A stretch of 64,000 nucleotides of DNA from Candidatus Anstonellales archaeon (GTDB taxonomy: Archaea; Micrarchaeota; Micrarchaeia; Anstonellales; J096): positions 346,750 through 410,749 of the forward strand of contig JAWACY010000001.1 in assembly GCA_038896535.1 (NCBI GenBank). The letters run 5' to 3'. The position numbers were made by a program, and so were the translations under genes. The notes below the pieces were generated by a model. It saw nothing but the letters and a program-made list of their open reading frames with translations. It had not been told where the DNA came from and ran no database searches. Each line of letters starts with the position of its first letter. The stretch's first letter is position 1. Shown piece after piece: positions 43,796 to 53,635 of the stretch.

Positions 43796-43857
43796 TGCTA
43801 TAAAGTCATCGCTATTCATTTGGTATGATTTTTAAATTTTACTTCATTTATTTATAT

Positions 43858-44763
43858 ATGTTAATGTGGTTTAACAATAAACTTATAGATGAAAAAGATT
43901 TTTCTATACATCCTTTAAGCCATAGCCTGCATTATGGTGATGCTGCATTCGAAGGCTTGAGGGCTTATAATTTGGGTAATAAAAAAACTGGGATTTTTAG
44001 AATAAGAGAACATGCCAACAGGCTTGTTTACAGCAGTTCTGTATTGATGGGGAAAAAAGTGCTTACAGTTGAGGAAGTAGAGAAGGGCATCATAGAAACA
44101 ATAAGGGGGAATAAGATAAGTGAAGCTTATATAAGGCCAATATTTTTTCTTGGAAATGGGACAATTGGTATAAACAATCTTGATAAAAACCAGAGGTTTT
44201 TTGCTGTTATGGCCTTGCCTTTTCCTCCATTCCTCGATAAAAATAAAGCGATAAGGGTTTTGATATCAAGTTATAGAAAAACGCCTAGCATATGCCAGCC
44301 AGCAAATGCAAAGATATCTGCTAATTATGTTAACAGCATCCTAGCAAGCAGAGAAGCAAGAATTTCTGGTTATGATGAAGCGCTTTTATTAAATATACAT
44401 AATAGAATAGCGGAGGGCCCTGGAGAGAATATATTCATAGTAAAAAATGAGAAACTATTTACCCCACCATTAGATGAAGATTTATTAGAAGGCATAACAA
44501 GGGATAGCATAATTAAATTGGCAGAGCATATGGGCATTGAGGTTATAGAAAAACCTATAAGCATTGCTGAATTATTGAATGCAGATGAAGCATTTTTTAC
44601 TGGAACTGCTGCTGAAGTTGTTGGCATAGGAGAAGTTTCTGGTTATAAAATAGGGGACGGGAATATTGGGGGCATAACAAAAAAATTGCAATCATTATAT
44701 GAGAAAGCAACAAAAGGAAAAATAAAGGCATTTAGACATTGGGTAAAAGAAGTTAAGCTTTAG
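43858..44763 (+). CDS. ilvE: branched-chain amino acid aminotransferase
   Basis: HSLHYG...FEGLRAY, YIRP, AKISANYVNS, EGPGENIF, LEGITRDS, FFTGTAAEV. Confidence 0.95.
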   Translation: MLMWFNNKLIDEKDFSIHPLSHSLHYGDAAFEGLRAYNLGNKKTGIFRIREHANRLVYSSSVLMGKKVLTVEEVEKGIIETIRGNKISEAYIRPIFFLGNGTIGINNLDKNQRFFAVMALPFPPFLDKNKAIRVLISSYRKTPSICQPANAKISANYVNSILASREARISGYDEALLLNIHNRIAEGPGENIFIVKNEKLFTPPLDEDLLEGITRDSIIKLAEHMGIEVIEKPISIAELLNADEAFFTGTAAEVVGIGEVSGYKIGDGNIGGITKKLQSLYEKATKGKIKAFRHWVKEVKL

Positions 44764-46568
44764 CCTGCTTGATTCATAAAAAATTTCTTTACATAATAAA
44801 GATAATTTGCAGTTTCTAATACATCATGTGGAAGCATTTTCTTATATGAAGAAAACCTATCATCCATAAAAATAATTGCTGCTTTATCGCTCTCTTTTCT
44901 TATTGCTCTTCCGCTTGCTTGCAAAGCTTTTATTATTGCTGGATATATATAAGCATATGCCATTCCCTTGCCAAATTTTTTATCATAGTGCTCAATAAGT
45001 GCTTTTCTCTCTAATGTCATTTCATCTAATGCAAGGCCTGCAATGACCAATATCTTTATTTCTCCTTCTGAAAAATCTATTCCCTCAGCAAAAGAGCCAC
45101 CTTGAACTGCTAACAATAATGATTTTTCAGCCCTAAAAAGTTCAAGCAGCATTGCATTATCTTTTGGCTTTGCATCTTTTTGTTGCATTAAAATTGGATA
45201 ACTCTTAACCCTTGCTTTTACTTCCTCCATGAATTCAAATGAAGGGAAGAAAACGGCAACACCGCCAGGGCTTATGTTAAATAAAGAATCAATAGCATTG
45301 GCATATTTCTCATACATCGCATTACCCCTTATCTCATATTTTGATGTGAATCCCTTTGCTATAAGCATTAATCTATTACTTTTCGGAAATGGGTCCTCAT
45401 AAGTTTTCATGACAGCATTTTCAAGGCCAAGTATATCTTTATACATCTCAATTGGCTTCAATGTCCCGCTCATGAATATTGATGCAAATGCCTTATTAGA
45501 TATCCTAGTTATTATTGAAGGATCGAGACATTTCTTGCTTATTGATATGCCCCTATCTGTCTTTTTTATTATTCTAACGCTAGCATCATTTTCTTGCCAT
45601 AATGACAAAAATGATGCAATCTTAGTGCAAAAGCTATTTTTGTTTGTTTGCTTAGTATATTCTTCTCCAACGCTTGCAAAATAATGCATAAGCTCTTCAA
45701 TATTATCTGGCAAGTATTTTTCCAGCTCATCTTTTGTTAATAGACTCTCATTTTTGCCCAAAAGTTTTTTTTCTTCAAGCTTTTTGAATGTATCTACCAG
45801 GCTTATCTTATCAGCATTTATCTGTTCTTGCTCTTGTTCTGCCTTTTTTGCCATCAAGCTAGTTATTGTTTTTGATAAATATTGCATAAGCCTTGCTGGT
45901 AGATTATGTGCTTCATCAACAATTATTATGCTGTCTTCAACATTTTTCTTCGCCTTTTTAAGTAAAACTTCCCTTATCTGAGGAATGAAGAAATGGTAAT
46001 AGTCAGCTATTATAATATTTGCATCTCTTGATACTTTTAACATAAGTTCATAAGGGCATGCTTCATGCTCAATACCAAAATTAATGATTTCTTTATGGCT
46101 TGGTTCTTTGTAATATATTTTTACTTTTTTTATCAACTCTTCTGCTTCCATACTCTCTTTTTGATTATAACCTATTGCCCTTCTATGATAATAACATTGT
46201 TCATTTTCTCTTAAACTCTGACATGCTGTATAAAAATTGTCATGGTCCAACTTTGAGATAACAGAGAAAAGACATGTATAGCGCCTGCCTATTATATCAC
46301 ATGTCCTTATTGAAGTGCCATATTTCGCATTTATTCCCTTTACAACATCAATTGCTATGTTGTGCTGGCTTATCTTTGGCGTCAAAAAAAATACGTTTAA
46401 TCCTTTTTCAAGAGCCACTGTCAGGCTTGGGCCAAGAACAGCATCAGTTTTTCCCAGCCCCATGGGAGCATGAGCAAGCATCTGCTTATTAGATTCGATT
46501 GCAATGATTACATCATTTATGAGCTTATCCTGATATTTTCTGAATTTATCATGCCTGAATAAGAGCAT
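44760..46568 (-). CDS. XPD/Rad3/DinG-family Fe-S helicase
   Basis: FRKYQ Q-motif, APMGLGKT, Cys cluster ending in CPYE, IVDEAHN, SGTL, GSFAEGIDF, QASGRAIR. Confidence 0.93.
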   Translation of the reverse strand: MLLFRHDKFRKYQDKLINDVIIAIESNKQMLAHAPMGLGKTDAVLGPSLTVALEKGLNVFFLTPKISQHNIAIDVVKGINAKYGTSIRTCDIIGRRYTCLFSVISKLDHDNFYTACQSLRENEQCYYHRRAIGYNQKESMEAEELIKKVKIYYKEPSHKEIINFGIEHEACPYELMLKVSRDANIIIADYYHFFIPQIREVLLKKAKKNVEDSIIIVDEAHNLPARLMQYLSKTITSLMAKKAEQEQEQINADKISLVDTFKKLEEKKLLGKNESLLTKDELEKYLPDNIEELMHYFASVGEEYTKQTNKNSFCTKIASFLSLWQENDASVRIIKKTDRGISISKKCLDPSIITRISNKAFASIFMSGTLKPIEMYKDILGLENAVMKTYEDPFPKSNRLMLIAKGFTSKYEIRGNAMYEKYANAIDSLFNISPGGVAVFFPSFEFMEEVKARVKSYPILMQQKDAKPKDNAMLLELFRAEKSLLLAVQGGSFAEGIDFSEGEIKILVIAGLALDEMTLERKALIEHYDKKFGKGMAYAYIYPAIIKALQASGRAIRKESDKAAIIFMDDRFSSYKKMLPHDVLETANYLYYVKKFFMNQAG

Positions 46569-46610
46569 AAATTATTGTTGAAAAACCCTTTTAAATACTT
46601 ACAATAAATA

Positions 46611-47618
46611 ATGCATATGCGAGATAAAAAAGAAATTGATGATTATCTGCCTTGGACTGAGAAATACAGGCCGAAGAGATTAAATGAAGTCATAGGGCAA
46701 GAGCAGATTGTTAAGGTTATGAAAGCATTTGTGGAAAAAGGAACTATGCCACATTTATTATTCGCTGGCCCTCCTGGGGTTGGCAAAACAACAATAGCAA
46801 TTGCAATTGCACATGAATTATATAAAGATCAGCTAGCAGGAAATTTTCTTGAAACTAACGCAAGTGACGAGAGGGGTATAGACATTATCAGGGGAAAAAT
46901 AAAAGAATTTTCACGTTCATTAACTGCAAATGATGTGGGCTTTAAGATCATATTCTTAGATGAAGCAGATGCATTAACACAAGATGCCCAACATGCATTA
47001 AGAAGAACTATGGAGATATTTTCAAAAGAAACTAGGATGATATTAAGTTGTAATTATTCTAGCAAAATTATAGAGCCAATACAAAGCAGAACAGCAATTT
47101 TTAGATTTTCACAGCTTGACGAGAAAGATGTTGAGAAAATGGTAAAAAGAATAGAGAAAGGAGAAAATCTGAAAGTAAGCGATGAAGCAATAAAGGCACT
47201 ATACTATATATCAGAAGGCGATTTGAGAAAAGTAATAAATATATTACAAGGAGCAGCTTTTATAGATAAAAAAATAGACGAGGAAATAGTGTATAAAATA
47301 GCTGGCAGGGCGAGTCCAAAAGAAGTGAAAGAACTTTTGAAAATTGCTTATGAGGGCAGGTTTAATGAAGCCAGAAAGATGGCAGAAGCCCTTATGTTTC
47401 AAAATGGATTAAGCGCAGAAGATATATTAATACAATTTTATAAAGAACTCTTCCATATGCAAATATCAGATAATGAAAAAGCATTTATTGCAGAGAAGAT
47501 TGCTGATTATAACTTTCGCATTGTTGAAGGGGCAAATGAAAAAATACAGCTAGATGCATTATTGGCCCAGATTGGATTGGCAAGGCAATTAACAAAGCAC
47601 AGCACTAAAAATGATTGA
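46611..47618 (+). CDS. rfcS: replication factor C small subunit
   Basis: PWTEKYRP, GPPGVGKT, NASDERG, FLDEAD, IIEPIQSR. Confidence 0.96.
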   Translation: MHMRDKKEIDDYLPWTEKYRPKRLNEVIGQEQIVKVMKAFVEKGTMPHLLFAGPPGVGKTTIAIAIAHELYKDQLAGNFLETNASDERGIDIIRGKIKEFSRSLTANDVGFKIIFLDEADALTQDAQHALRRTMEIFSKETRMILSCNYSSKIIEPIQSRTAIFRFSQLDEKDVEKMVKRIEKGENLKVSDEAIKALYYISEGDLRKVINILQGAAFIDKKIDEEIVYKIAGRASPKEVKELLKIAYEGRFNEARKMAEALMFQNGLSAEDILIQFYKELFHMQISDNEKAFIAEKIADYNFRIVEGANEKIQLDALLAQIGLARQLTKHSTKND

Positions 47619-47653
47619 TAAAAATGGCTGATGAAATAAAGCCAATGTGTTCA

Positions 47654-48574
47654 TCACTTTATCATTATAACTCCTTTTCTTGCCATTCTTAAATCAAAAG
47701 TTCTAAAACCGCTGGGCAATTTTTTCAGTATTGAGGCTATATCATTTTTCGTTTTTTCAATTAATATTCTCTCTTTTCTCCTTTTTTTATTATATAATAT
47801 TGCTATTGCTGGCCCAGAACCAGATAAAAAGCAAGGCAGGCTAGATGCATTTATTGCTTCCTCAAGAATTGATGTGTTATGCAAAGCAAGCCTATAAGGT
47901 TGATGTATTTTATCTTTCACAAGTTCAAAAAGTTTTTTAGTATTTCCTTGCTTCAATGCTTCTATTATTGATATGGCCCTTTGTAAATTATATAATACAT
48001 CATCTATTTTATATAAATCTGGCAAGGCCTTCCTTGCCTCGCTTGTCTTTGTCCTTAAATTTGGTAGAAAGATAAAAACATTGTATGGGCATTCTTTATA
48101 TATATCATAATTAAAAGGCTGGTTCATAACACTTACGAGATTGCCAAAAAGACATGGTAATAAATTATCATAATGTCCTTCGATTTCATAAGCAAGCTTC
48201 AATATCTCATCATAATAATTTCTATAATTAATGCCGTTAAAAAATGCTGCTGCCAATATGCCTGCAATAATAGCTGTTGCTGAGCTTCCTAAACCAGAAC
48301 ATGGAGGGATTTTATTTATTGCCTCAACTTTTATTTTATTAAATGAACCAAACTTCTCTGATGCTTTTTTGTATGCTTCATAAAATATATCTCCATCTAA
48401 TGAATGTTCAAATGCATAAATTTTATAGTAACTGCTTCTCTGGCATAAAAATACATTCCTTAAATTTAATGCCATTCCTAACGTATCAAACGCAGGACCA
48501 AAATTTGTTATTGATGCTGGCAATGATATGGCCAAATGCTCGCTTTCATAATGCTTATTTATTACTCTTTGCAT
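47654..48574 (-). CDS. thrB: homoserine kinase (GHMP family)
   Basis: PASITNFGPAFDTLGMAL, IP..SGLGSSA, EGHYDN, T..AR..LP, HQPYR, LSGSGP. Confidence 0.88.
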   Translation of the reverse strand: MQRVINKHYESEHLAISLPASITNFGPAFDTLGMALNLRNVFLCQRSSYYKIYAFEHSLDGDIFYEAYKKASEKFGSFNKIKVEAINKIPPCSGLGSSATAIIAGILAAAFFNGINYRNYYDEILKLAYEIEGHYDNLLPCLFGNLVSVMNQPFNYDIYKECPYNVFIFLPNLRTKTSEARKALPDLYKIDDVLYNLQRAISIIEALKQGNTKKLFELVKDKIHQPYRLALHNTSILEEAINASSLPCFLSGSGPAIAILYNKKRRKERILIEKTKNDIASILKKLPSGFRTFDLRMARKGVIMIK

Positions 48575-48704
48575 AATATATTATAGGCTGGTAAAATTTT
48601 ATAAAAAATAGCTAAAATTTTGCTTGATGAAAGATTAAGGAAAGGTATTTAAATTTTACTATTACAATTACTAATATAAATTAAAAAGGAGGAAAAGGTC
48701 TCTG

Positions 48705-49847
48705 ATGGAGGCTGTTGCAGAGGGCGATAAAAGCTCGAATATCGATGGCCCGCCTTTTGCTTTAGTTAGAAAAATTAGCGAAAGTTCTGCTGGGCCTTTA
48801 AATTTAAATTCAGAAAACAGAGGGTTTGCTGTCAATATAATTAATGCTAATGAAAATGCTGATAGGGCATTAAGTAGCAAACAAAATATTAAAAGAATTT
48901 TTCTAAATGCTGATCCTTTAACTGATGAACTTGATTTTGATAGTCCTGATAAAGATGTTCCTGATAAAGATGTTGATGAAGGAGATGGGGAAGATAATGA
49001 TAATGAAGAGCCCCCAGTTATTTTAGATGAAGAATACTTAGCTGAATTATTAGAAGAGCTATTCTTATCTGCATTTTGTGGAGAAGATGATGCTGAAATT
49101 GATGGAGTTGATGATAAATATGAGGGGGAAGATGAATTTAAAGATGCAGAAGATAGCAAAGAAAATGAAATTGAAACATTGAATGGGGGAGAAGAAAATG
49201 AAGGAGAGGGATTAACCCATAGTTCAGAAGAAGTTGATGAGGGAGAAAATGTGGACAATGAAGAATTTGATGAAGGAGAAAATGAAGAGGAAGAAATTAA
49301 TAGTGTTGAAACAAATACTGAAGAGGGCTTGGATGAAAAAGATGAAACAAGCATCGAAATTAATGATGGAGAAAGCGAAGTTGATGAAGATGATAAAGAT
49401 AGCATAGAAAATGAAGTAATTAGAGATTCTGAAGAAAAAATTGAAGAAGAAATTGAAGAAGATGGATTAGGTAATACTGATGCTGAGAACGATGAAGGAA
49501 AAAATGAAGAAGGGGAAGATGAAAAAATAGAAGATGAAAATGTTGAAGAAGATAATGCTAGCATTGAGGGAGTTGATGATAAATATGAGGGAGAAGATGA
49601 ATTTAAAGATGCAGAAGATAGCAAAGAAAATGAAATTGAAACATTGAATGAGGGAGAAGAAAATGAAGGAGAGGGATTAACCCATAGTTCAGAAGAAGTT
49701 GATGAGGGAGAAAATGATAATGAATTTGATAATGAATTATTTGATATTAGCAATAACGAAAATGAAATTGAATTTGATTTAACAAGTAATGAGCAAGTTG
49801 AAGATCAAGGAATTGATTCACATTTTGAAGATGACTTATCTGATTAA
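48705..49847 (+). CDS. highly acidic low-complexity protein with internal duplication
   Basis: 380 aa dominated by D/E/N/G; GGAGG upstream. Confidence 0.75.
   Translation: MEAVAEGDKSSNIDGPPFALVRKISESSAGPLNLNSENRGFAVNIINANENADRALSSKQNIKRIFLNADPLTDELDFDSPDKDVPDKDVDEGDGEDNDNEEPPVILDEEYLAELLEELFLSAFCGEDDAEIDGVDDKYEGEDEFKDAEDSKENEIETLNGGEENEGEGLTHSSEEVDEGENVDNEEFDEGENEEEEINSVETNTEEGLDEKDETSIEINDGESEVDEDDKDSIENEVIRDSEEKIEEEIEEDGLGNTDAENDEGKNEEGEDEKIEDENVEEDNASIEGVDDKYEGEDEFKDAEDSKENEIETLNEGEENEGEGLTHSSEEVDEGENDNEFDNELFDISNNENEIEFDLTSNEQVEDQGIDSHFEDDLSD
49098..49715 (+). repeat. ~153-bp near-perfect direct repeat (49098-49250 and 49563-49715)
   Basis: Both copies encode GVDDKYEGEDEFKDAEDSKENEIETLN.GEENEGEGLTHSSEEVDEGEN; offset 465 bp. 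Confidence 0.93.
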
Positions 49848-49856
49848 CCTTTTATT

Positions 49857-50894
49857 TCATGTCTTTAATTTTCCTCTTACTTTAACGTATGTTGCATAAT
49901 CAATATATTGTTTATTTTTAATGAAGTACTCAAGCTTAATTGATCTGTTCTGCACTTCTTTAATTTTATCCTTAACTTCAAATATAAATGAATCGCTGCC
50001 AGCACCAGAGCCAAAGCTCGTTAATAAAATCAGTTCTCCTGCTTTTGCATTATCCAATACGTTTGCCAATGCAAGCATTGATGCCCCGCTGTACGTATTA
50101 CCAATATAAGGAACAAGCAAGCTGTGGGACATTTGTTTTTTATCAACGCCAAGCTTTTTTGCAATACTTAAAGGGAATTTTGCATTCGGTTGATGGAATA
50201 TGACATGAGAAAAATCGGATATTTTATAACCAGTTTCATCAAGTGCTTTTTTTGTACATTCATATACGTGCCTAAAATATCCAGGCTCTCCAGTAAATCT
50301 GCCTCCATGAGATGGATAAAGTGCATGTGCCCTTCTCCAAAAATCTGGTGTATCTGTTGTATAAGAGCATGTATACAATATTTCAGCAATGACATTTTCA
50401 TTTCCTATTAAAAAAGCTGCTCCACCACTTGCTGCACTATATTCAAGTGCATCCCCTGGCTTTGATTGTGCTGTATCTGCCCCTATTGCAAGCCCATATT
50501 TTATATTTCCTGCCTTTACCATACCAAAAACTGCTTGCATTGCTGCTGTGCCTGCTTTACAAGCAAACTCCCAATCTGCTGCTGTTGAAAATGGAAAGGC
50601 ATCTATTGCTTCTCCAACTATTGTTGCAGTAGGCTTAACAGCATATGGATGGCTTTCGCTTCCAACATATATTGCCCCTATTTCTCTTGCTTCTATGTCA
50701 ACCCTTTCTAAAGCTATTCTTGCAGCTTCAACTGCTATTGTGGCAGTATCTTCATCAAAATTTGCAACTGCTTTTTCTTTTATGCCCAGCCCTTCTTCAA
50801 TCCTTACTGGGTCTTCTCCCCATACATGCGCTATAACATTAGATTTAATCCTTAATTTAGGCACATATCCGCCATATGAAACAATGCCGGCCAT
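49857..50894 (-). CDS. hydroxymethylglutaryl-CoA synthase, archaeal type
   Basis: GIVSYGGYVP, VGSESHPYAVKP, EFACKAGT, DFWRR, FHQPN, GNTYSG, SFGSGAGSD. Confidence 0.95.
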   Translation of the reverse strand: MAGIVSYGGYVPKLRIKSNVIAHVWGEDPVRIEEGLGIKEKAVANFDEDTATIAVEAARIALERVDIEAREIGAIYVGSESHPYAVKPTATIVGEAIDAFPFSTAADWEFACKAGTAAMQAVFGMVKAGNIKYGLAIGADTAQSKPGDALEYSAASGGAAFLIGNENVIAEILYTCSYTTDTPDFWRRAHALYPSHGGRFTGEPGYFRHVYECTKKALDETGYKISDFSHVIFHQPNAKFPLSIAKKLGVDKKQMSHSLLVPYIGNTYSGASMLALANVLDNAKAGELILLTSFGSGAGSDSFIFEVKDKIKEVQNRSIKLEYFIKNKQYIDYATYVKVRGKLKT

Positions 50895-50951
50895 AAAAAA
50901 AGCACAGCACAAGCATATTAAAACATAACTATTGCTATTTCGACTTTTTAT

Positions 50952-52061
50952 TTATCCAACAGCCAAGTAAAATATTTCTGGCCAGTAGTAGGATGTTAGA
51001 TTTTCGTTTTCTTTTTCATCCAGCTCTTTTGTGATTAATTTTGCTTTTTCATAAGAATCCATTAGCGTTGCGTACATTATTTCTCTTGCTTGTTCTTTTG
51101 CTTTTTCATTTACATAAAGCAGGTTTAAAAATGTCTTTAATGTATTAGACATGTGCAATATAATATTTAACTTATTATTTTGCATGATATCAATGCTGGA
51201 AAGATTTGCAACTAATTTCTTCTCTCTAGAATAAACAATTTCATCAAGACCGAACCAAGAATAGCTATTAAGGCAGGAATAAAATGAGGCAAAGCATATC
51301 TGCTTGATAAATTCTTCATTCAACCCATCATTTAAAATCTGAAAATTAACTTTTGGATTAAAAACAACATTTATATATTTCCTGCAGTCCTCATCAAAAT
51401 CAACTCTTTTGCCTTTATGCATAAAAAATGACAGGTTAAAAAGGAATAAATTATTATTTTCAGCAATGCGTTTATTTAAACCTATTAATTGATCAGCAAC
51501 TATAGAATCTTGTTCAAATGACTCTGCTAAATATTTAATAAGCTTTGCGAAATATACTGGAAAATTAGAATAATCATAAAAAGCACTCTCAAAGAATGCC
51601 CACAAATTAAAATCTTTCTCTTGAAACATTGACTCAAAATGTAAATATTTTAGCTTTGGCGTTAATAAGCAGGAATAAATACCATAATTTGAGTATGTCA
51701 AAATAAGCTCGCTATTTTCAATTGCAATTTGCTTGAAGTTTTTTAAGTATAACAATGTATTTTTCCCTTCTTCATCGTTGTTTCCTTTAAAAATGATCCT
51801 TAAAACTGGATTCATATGAACATCAAATGTTAAATATAGATCGCTAAATTCTGGGAATTCTATCAATCTTAGCATTTCTATATCTTTATCTAAAAATTTA
51901 TATTCTTTCTCTATCTCATTAAGGTTCATAGCAACATAAAATAATTGTTGCCTATTAAATCTACTTTTAATTATGCTCTTTTGCTGCTTTATTTTTTCTT
52001 GTATTGGTTTTATTGCTTGCCTGTAAGAAATAAAATCCTTTATTCCGTTTATTTGTTGCAT
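50952..52061 (-). CDS. hypothetical protein
   Basis: 369-aa ORF with no recognised motif. Confidence 0.65.
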   Translation of the reverse strand: MQQINGIKDFISYRQAIKPIQEKIKQQKSIIKSRFNRQQLFYVAMNLNEIEKEYKFLDKDIEMLRLIEFPEFSDLYLTFDVHMNPVLRIIFKGNNDEEGKNTLLYLKNFKQIAIENSELILTYSNYGIYSCLLTPKLKYLHFESMFQEKDFNLWAFFESAFYDYSNFPVYFAKLIKYLAESFEQDSIVADQLIGLNKRIAENNNLFLFNLSFFMHKGKRVDFDEDCRKYINVVFNPKVNFQILNDGLNEEFIKQICFASFYSCLNSYSWFGLDEIVYSREKKLVANLSSIDIMQNNKLNIILHMSNTLKTFLNLLYVNEKAKEQAREIMYATLMDSYEKAKLITKELDEKENENLTSYYWPEIFYLAVG

Positions 52062-52199
52062 TATATATTTATTATTGCATAAAATTAAAAAACCATAATG
52101 TTACATTAATGTACATAACAGTGTTATCAAATATCAGTATGCAAAAAAATTGCAAAAATTACCAAAAACCTTTTTAAGCATTTCTAACAAAAAGGGTTT

Positions 52200-53393
52200 A
52201 TGGTTTCTAATCTTGAAGAACTATTAAACAAAAAAAGCATCATAAAAGACAGGAATGCCTTATCCCCTCATTTTATCCCTGATAATATACTTTATAGAGA
52301 TAGCGAAATAGAGGCAATAGCAAGAACAATAGCCCCTGTATTAAAGCAAGAAAAACCAAAAAATTTATTCATATATGGCAAAACAGGGACAGGAAAAACA
52401 ACATGTGCTAAATATGTAATAAAAAAAGTAAGTGAGGTAAAAGAACGCTATAACGTTAATGCAGAATTTCATTATCTAAATTGCAGGGTTTATGATTCAA
52501 GATATAAAATAATGCAGAATTTCTTGAAAAACTATTATCCAGAAATAGAAAAATCTGGTTTTGGTCTTCCATATTTTTATGAGAAGCTTATCGATGCACT
52601 ATCACAAAATAAATATATTGTATTAGTACTTGATGAAATAGACATAGTTAAAGACCTTGATGAACTTATATATACACTTATAAGAATAAATGATGAAGCA
52701 AAAAATGGTAGCTTATCAATTGTTGGCATATCAAACAAGCTAAGCTTCAAAACAAAACTTGATCCAAGGAGTAGGAGCAGCCTTTATGAGACAGAAATTA
52801 TATTTTCACCATATGATGCTATACAATTGAGGGGCATATTAGAGCAGAGAATAAAGATTGCCTTTGAGCCAAATACAATAGCAGGCAATGCGATAAGCTT
52901 AATATCCGCTATAACTGCTCAAGAAAATGGGGATGCAAGATATGCATTAAAACTTTTACATACTGCTGCTGAAGTTGCAGAGCAAGAAGGCAGCAATATA
53001 GTAGAGGAAAGGCATGTCGAAAATGCAAGAAGGCTCGTTGAATATGACATAGCTGCTGAAGCGATAAAAACATTGCCATTACACCATCAACTTATTCTTT
53101 ATGCGCTGGCAAAGATGACGCTTAACAATAAAAATAGGGCATTAGTTGATGAAGATGGGGGCTATTTCTTTTCTGGCGATCTTTATGATTTCTATACAAA
53201 AATGTGCAGGCAGTTTTATAAAAAACCAAAATCCGCAAGGAGTTATAGAGATTACATAAATGAACTTGAAAGCCTTGGCCTTGTATCGACTGTTTTTACA
53301 AGCAAAGGCATAAGAGGGCATACAAGATTGATAAAGATAGGCCATAATGCAGAAGACATTGTCAATATAATAAATAAAAGATTTGACTTGTAA
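52200..53393 (+). CDS. cdc6: Cdc6/Orc1 replication initiator
   Basis: YGKTGTGKT, YLNC, VLDEID, LDPR..SSL, GDARYAL, C-terminal winged helix. Confidence 0.96.
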   Translation: MVSNLEELLNKKSIIKDRNALSPHFIPDNILYRDSEIEAIARTIAPVLKQEKPKNLFIYGKTGTGKTTCAKYVIKKVSEVKERYNVNAEFHYLNCRVYDSRYKIMQNFLKNYYPEIEKSGFGLPYFYEKLIDALSQNKYIVLVLDEIDIVKDLDELIYTLIRINDEAKNGSLSIVGISNKLSFKTKLDPRSRSSLYETEIIFSPYDAIQLRGILEQRIKIAFEPNTIAGNAISLISAITAQENGDARYALKLLHTAAEVAEQEGSNIVEERHVENARRLVEYDIAAEAIKTLPLHHQLILYALAKMTLNNKNRALVDEDGGYFFSGDLYDFYTKMCRQFYKKPKSARSYRDYINELESLGLVSTVFTSKGIRGHTRLIKIGHNAEDIVNIINKRFDL

Positions 53394-53467
53394 ATTTATT
53401 TGTAAATTTATTTGGTAAATGATAAAAATATGATAAAAATATAAAAAAATTAAAAATAAGCAAGAAA

Positions 53468-53483
53468 CGAAAGGTTTAAATAT
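53468..53483 (+). promoter_or_regulatory. BRE-TATA upstream of the structured RNA candidate
   Basis: CGAAAGGTTTAAATAT about 22-25 nt before the first stem. Confidence 0.6.
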
Positions 53484-53503
53484 TTTACGCTACATATTTA
53501 TTT

Positions 53504-53635
53504 AGGACCAAACTGAAAGGCTGAAAAAAGAACTGGTAACAGTGTTCTGCCCTTTTCAAGGGAAATCCTTGAAATAGGGATCTTGTTTCCCTTCGGGGAA
53601 TCAAGAAGTTAAGCCTTTCGGGGTCAAACTCCTCT
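53504..53635 (+). ncRNA. unidentified structured non-coding RNA (four-way junction)
   Basis: GC-richer island with a closing helix (53506-53522 / 53612-53625) and three hairpins with GUAA, GAAAU and cUUCGg loops; promoter upstream and T-tract at 53641. Confidence 0.7.

Noticed and set aside
47654-48574. Mevalonate kinase (because HMG-CoA synthase is nearby)
   Set aside because: The N.GP.FD.LG, EGH.DN and HQPYR motifs are specific to homoserine kinase.
48671-49753. 360-aa Ser-rich ORF on the minus strand
   Set aside because: Antisense shadow of the GAA/GAT-rich acidic gene.
53504-53635. 5S rRNA, tRNA, SRP RNA or RNase P RNA
   Set aside because: Only GAAGUUAAGCC recalls 5S. There is no CCGAAC loop C or helix IV/V arm, no T-loop/anticodon architecture, and no SRP helix-8 or RNase P P4 consensus.
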